The notes beneath the pieces are model-generated. The model worked only from the letters and a program-made list of their open reading frames with translations, was not told the DNA's origin and did not search any database. 64,000 bases of DNA from Eledone cirrhosa. Taxonomy: Eukaryota. A program made the position numbers and the translations under genes. Positions 59,412 to 64,000 of this stretch are shown here, in pieces; the first letter of the stretch is position 1, and every line of letters begins with the position of its first letter. The stretch covers positions 87,544,001 to 87,608,000 of the forward strand of contig OZ024742.1 of the NCBI GenBank assembly GCA_964016885.1. Direction: 5' to 3'.

Positions 59412-60789
59412 ATATATAAATACATAAGTATGTATCAGTCTATCTAGCTAGTTAACAATCTAACTATTCCTATCTTCATATAACTACTTATATTCAATAT
59501 ATAAATTGAGTTAGGAACTCAAAATAGTCTTTTACAACAAAATAGCTCTAAGAAAGCGATATTTCTGAGCCGTATACTATAATATAATTGTATATATGTA
59601 GATATAGAGAGATAGAAAGAAAGAGAGAGGTGAAGTGCATGTGTATGTCGTGCTTCATCTGTTTTTTTTTTATTCCACATGATGATTAACCATTCATATT
59701 CTAATACTTACATTCAACAATCAAATTGAGATAAAGGTGATAGATATAAGTGATATATCTAGTTTAAGGTTATACTTGTCGCTTCGCATAAACATTTATT
59801 TGTGTGTCTGTGTGGGCATTTTTTCTATTAGAATATTCAAAATAAATTACAGGCGAATTTGTCGTTTATGTACGAATACAATATTATACGTAAATACATG
59901 TTTTGCCTCTACGCATTTCTTTATTATTTAATTGGAATTTATACATCCTCATATCTCTCTGCAGTTTTCAAAACTTCTCTTAGTTTTACATTATATAATA
60001 TATCTTAGCGGCACTATGTGCGGCAGAAGATATTCATATATCAGCGCAGGATTTGGGAGGCAATTTTGCTTGTCATATATATTAGTTTATATTTTATGAA
60101 TTTCAAATCATGATTTTAAAATATTTTAAAATAAATGTGTAGTTGGTGGATAATTTCAGACTTGTAATTCAGTTACTCTTTGATTTTTGGAACATATAAG
60201 ATAATACTAGCGTCTGCTGCTTTCAATAATTCTATTTATGGGATATTTATGAGTCACACTTGTGTCACATTGAGATGACACAAGGTATTAAGGAATAGTT
60301 TTCACTTAGCCATAATTTTAACTAAAACTTGCAACTTTGTTTGTTACCTATTCCTAGTGTTTGTCCAATAGCCAACATCGTTTTGGACGTTATGTAACTG
60401 TTTCCCCAAGTTTCGAGACGATCGCCAATGAATTGTGCTAGTTAATATTTGATTCTTTTACCAATTCGGACTTTCTGAGTGCGTACCGATCTACTCAGTA
60501 TTCGACACCACTACTGTTTTGCCGACGCCATATTCTGTTTAGGATCTTACAATAATAATGATAATATTACGCCTGATAACAGTAGCATTTGTTCTACGTT
60601 TTCTCGAGCAATGAGTGACAAAATAAAGCTTTAATTGTCTTCAGATCAGTGCCTGATCACAGAGGCTGTATTCTAAACAAAGACGTACATGCGGGGCATG
60701 TGGCATTTACAAAAAAACATTCCAGTACACAATATAAAAATAAAAAATGAACTCAAAGAGTAATACAAAATAAATTCCTCAATTGTAGG

Positions 60790-61320
60790 GGCTGAACCAC
60801 GGACAGCAACCGAAGAGGGCACCCACTCTTCCCTTCATACTTGAATAGTGTCTTCGACAGACTGGCTAGTTGGTTCACATGGACGCCTAGAATCTCCCTT
60901 AGAGCGTCCTCACACTTGCCCAAAACTATACTTTATAGAACGCCAGAGTGGAATTTCCATTGATCTCATTGCTAAAATGTAGAGGTCTATAAACGCCTGA
61001 CAACATTGCATGTGCAAGGTGCCTAGTTTCCGTTTCCACTTGAACCACGCCTGCAGCTAGCTCAAAGAGCCGAGGTGCGGAAATAAATTGCTTAACAAAG
61101 GGGGACCACACCAAATAACGCTATCGATTCTGCTCTAATGGCTCTCTTGAGAGTACTCCACCACTTGTTGTTGACGATGCCCCCTTGTCAACTGTTGCTT
61201 AACTAATTGCTAATCCGATCACTGTGGTCAATACAGGCTGAGCTCAGAATGACGCGTAAAGCTTGCAGTAAACGTGAACTTGCTTCCGTATCTTATCTAG
61301 GTCGACCATGCAGATCACAA
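60790..61320 (-). mobile_element. Diverged Tx1-like LINE fragment related to 18280-19518
   Basis: Minus-strand gtgtggtc.., actctggcgttctataaag and ctaggcgtc..aaccaactagcca align with 18440-18700. Confidence 0.65.
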
Positions 61321-64000
61321 ATGCTGTCTGCATATGCGATCGTGTGGAATTCTAGACACCGTTTACAATTCGTATCACTCACCTAATGAAAAAAATATCA
61401 AAATACGAGATGTGTCCAGCAGTACACCGACGGATACAGATAATCTGCAATTGTACAAGAAGAATGTACAATGTGGGCTGTTAGAACCTCTAAACGAACA
61501 TAATAACATTTTACGTTAATGGCATTTAAGATATATTAAGTTTCCATCGTGTTGCGATTGTTTTTTCAATATTCTGTAGACAACTGGTTGTACGGAGAAT
61601 GTTTCATGTATTTAACTTTGTATATTTATTTTGTTTGCTACTTTACATTATTCCACTCGTTCTTATTTTCAAACAATAATGGAATACAGAATATTGTTGT
61701 CTCTTTCCATACATATTGTTGCAGTTGTACTTCATTTAAATATTCTGCTGTATTACATATCAAAGTTATTATTTTAGTTGACTTTATATTTTGGATTTGT
61801 CTATCGAAGTTCTAATTAGATTCCACCTCACATAACATCGGTGATCATGCGAGAACCATCGATTTAGTGATAAAAACAAACAATTATATATAATCCTAGT
61901 TATTGTTATACCTGATTGTTATGGCGGTGAAACAGGAGACATATTTATCCTCCTTCTCGCTGGTGTTAGATTTGTAAGATACCAAGTACCTGACAATGAA
62001 TGTGATTTTTGTGCATTTGTGTTGATCTATATATGTTATTTCTAATCAGACTGCGGGATATTTTTATTTCACTTTAGCCGTTTTATTTAAAATCAGATCC
62101 TGGTTCGATAAAGTATGATTGTTGTGTGCTTCCAAGTTCAACAGCAATATTTATAATACACGTTATCACCATTTCTAATATTGGCTTTTTGTATGGGTGG
62201 TCAAACATATGTTATCGTTCTGAATGATATATGAACTCCCGTATTTCTATATTTTCAAACCTGATCATAGAAAGCTGCCTAAAAACAGGCGGATGTATTA
62301 TCTATCGTATTTCAAAAAGAAAGGCACCAATGGACTGCGTGTTTGGAAGAAAATGTTTAAAACTCGCCAGCTGTAGATGAGGTGTCGCATTATCTTTATG
62401 GCAAATACTTGCTTCCCTCAAAGAAATATACTGATAATATTTACAGAAACATAATTAGTCACAAATAGAAAAAATAAAATAAAAATATAAATTATCCACG
62501 AATGGAGAACTGGTAATAACAATTCTGCTGGATTATAACGATAAAATAACTAATATCAAAAACCGAACTGAATACTTTTGTACAATGTCACAAAACAAAA
62601 ATCTAAATTATTATGTGTAACCTATTCGTGCAGTTGATATTGAAATACTTACTAATAAAATGATATTTTAGAGATTGATTAATATTAGTTTAATTATTTC
62701 GGAATATACGAGGGATATGTGTTTTCAATCTTATGGTGTTTCCAATCATATTATCTCCTAATCAGCCTTATTATGACTTAATCGGCCTAAGTTAACTCTA
62801 ACAATTCCAAAACAATTATATCGTAGAGCATCGAATGTTTTATGCAATTCTAACTTGTAAAACATTAATTTCCGAAACCAATATATTATTGTGAGATAAA
62901 CTGCACCACATTACACAGAATGTAAATAGAAACAGGCAACGAATCGATGAAGATGTTTATGCGTCGGCTGTTGACATGCTACAAATGTCATCTATTCCCT
63001 CAACGATGTATATGCTATAATATTATCAAATATTATAATATAAACGAATTAAAATTATGTTTGAATAAATTATATGATGGTCAAGTCTATAATAATTTGT
63101 CCAGAGTTCAATCAATCAATATTTAGTTGCTGTCAAAAAAAAATCACCAGCAACAGTATCGATCATAACAACATAGACAATTTGTCGCAGTTTTCGGGAA
63201 ATTTTAATTAAGTACAATTTCTTCAATGCCATCAACTGAAACTATCAATACATTTTGTGAATGAATATATTTGCAATGATAATTTATTTGTTTAGACTCG
63301 GAAGAATTTCGTATGATGACTTAAAAAAAAAAAATTAGTCTTTGTAATTCAAATGATTTGGACATTTTGAAAATTCATGTTTATAGCGCCAATGTTCATT
63401 CAAGCTCGAAAGAGATTTATTTGACCATAGTTTGGTACTGTATGGCTAAAATAAAATATATTTTATAATAAAAATGTTAAATGACAAGGCGTTAAATATC
63501 GTAATCCATGGAATATGTGGCATATGTAAGGACCAGATTTCGCGTAAACAGTTAAGGATCTGCTTCTGCAGCAGTTAGTTAATCTATTTGCTTATTTCAA
63601 TAACATCAATCAAATATTCATTAGAGAAACCATTTTTTATCTATTTCGAAAATCAGCATGTTTCACTTCTGTCGTCTTACACGAAACTGAGAATGTTATA
63701 TCGATTGTTTGGGGGTTTTCTTCTTTCAACTTACTTTTTCGGGTGAATTGAATCATGTTTTTAAAGTGTTTATGTATTGCATGTTATAACCAATGCTTGA
63801 TAATAATTGTGATATTCATACTTAAATAAATGGTTATTTTCTAATTGTATTAAACGGATATGAATTTGATTATATACTTTTTAGCTATTTAATTTACACT
63901 ATTACATTCGTTATATTTACTTACTTGAAACATGTAAAACAATTTGTTGCGGATTGTATGTGTTTGAGTGTATGTATCATATTTTTTTTAATTTTGTACT

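Overview
AT-rich, microsatellite-dense animal genomic DNA. The (TA)n/(CA)n load and the SINE families suggest a cephalopod (octopus-like); this is inference. The window lies inside one + strand gene encoding tandem Sushi/CCP domains, resembling LEV-9/Hasp-type synaptic scaffolds. Six exons splice in frame: a 27-nt microexon and five exons that build four CCP modules. The introns hold many retroelements: a near-intact Neptune-type Penelope-like element (PLE), several Naiad-like and Penelope/Poseidon-like PLE remnants, RTE, R4/Dong-like, HERO-like and Tx1-like LINE fragments, and tRNA-derived SINEs. Two patterns stand out. First, about a dozen sequence-distinct families of type I hammerhead ribozyme-like motifs occur, some with intact cores and some with recurrent core variants. 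Second, about ten insertions at (TA)n are foldbacks with the same polarity (both 3' ends pointing outward), which suggests routine two-sided or twin priming. Nearly all other ORFs in the supplied track are microsatellite artefacts. All family names and folds were assigned by eye; repeat boundaries are approximate.
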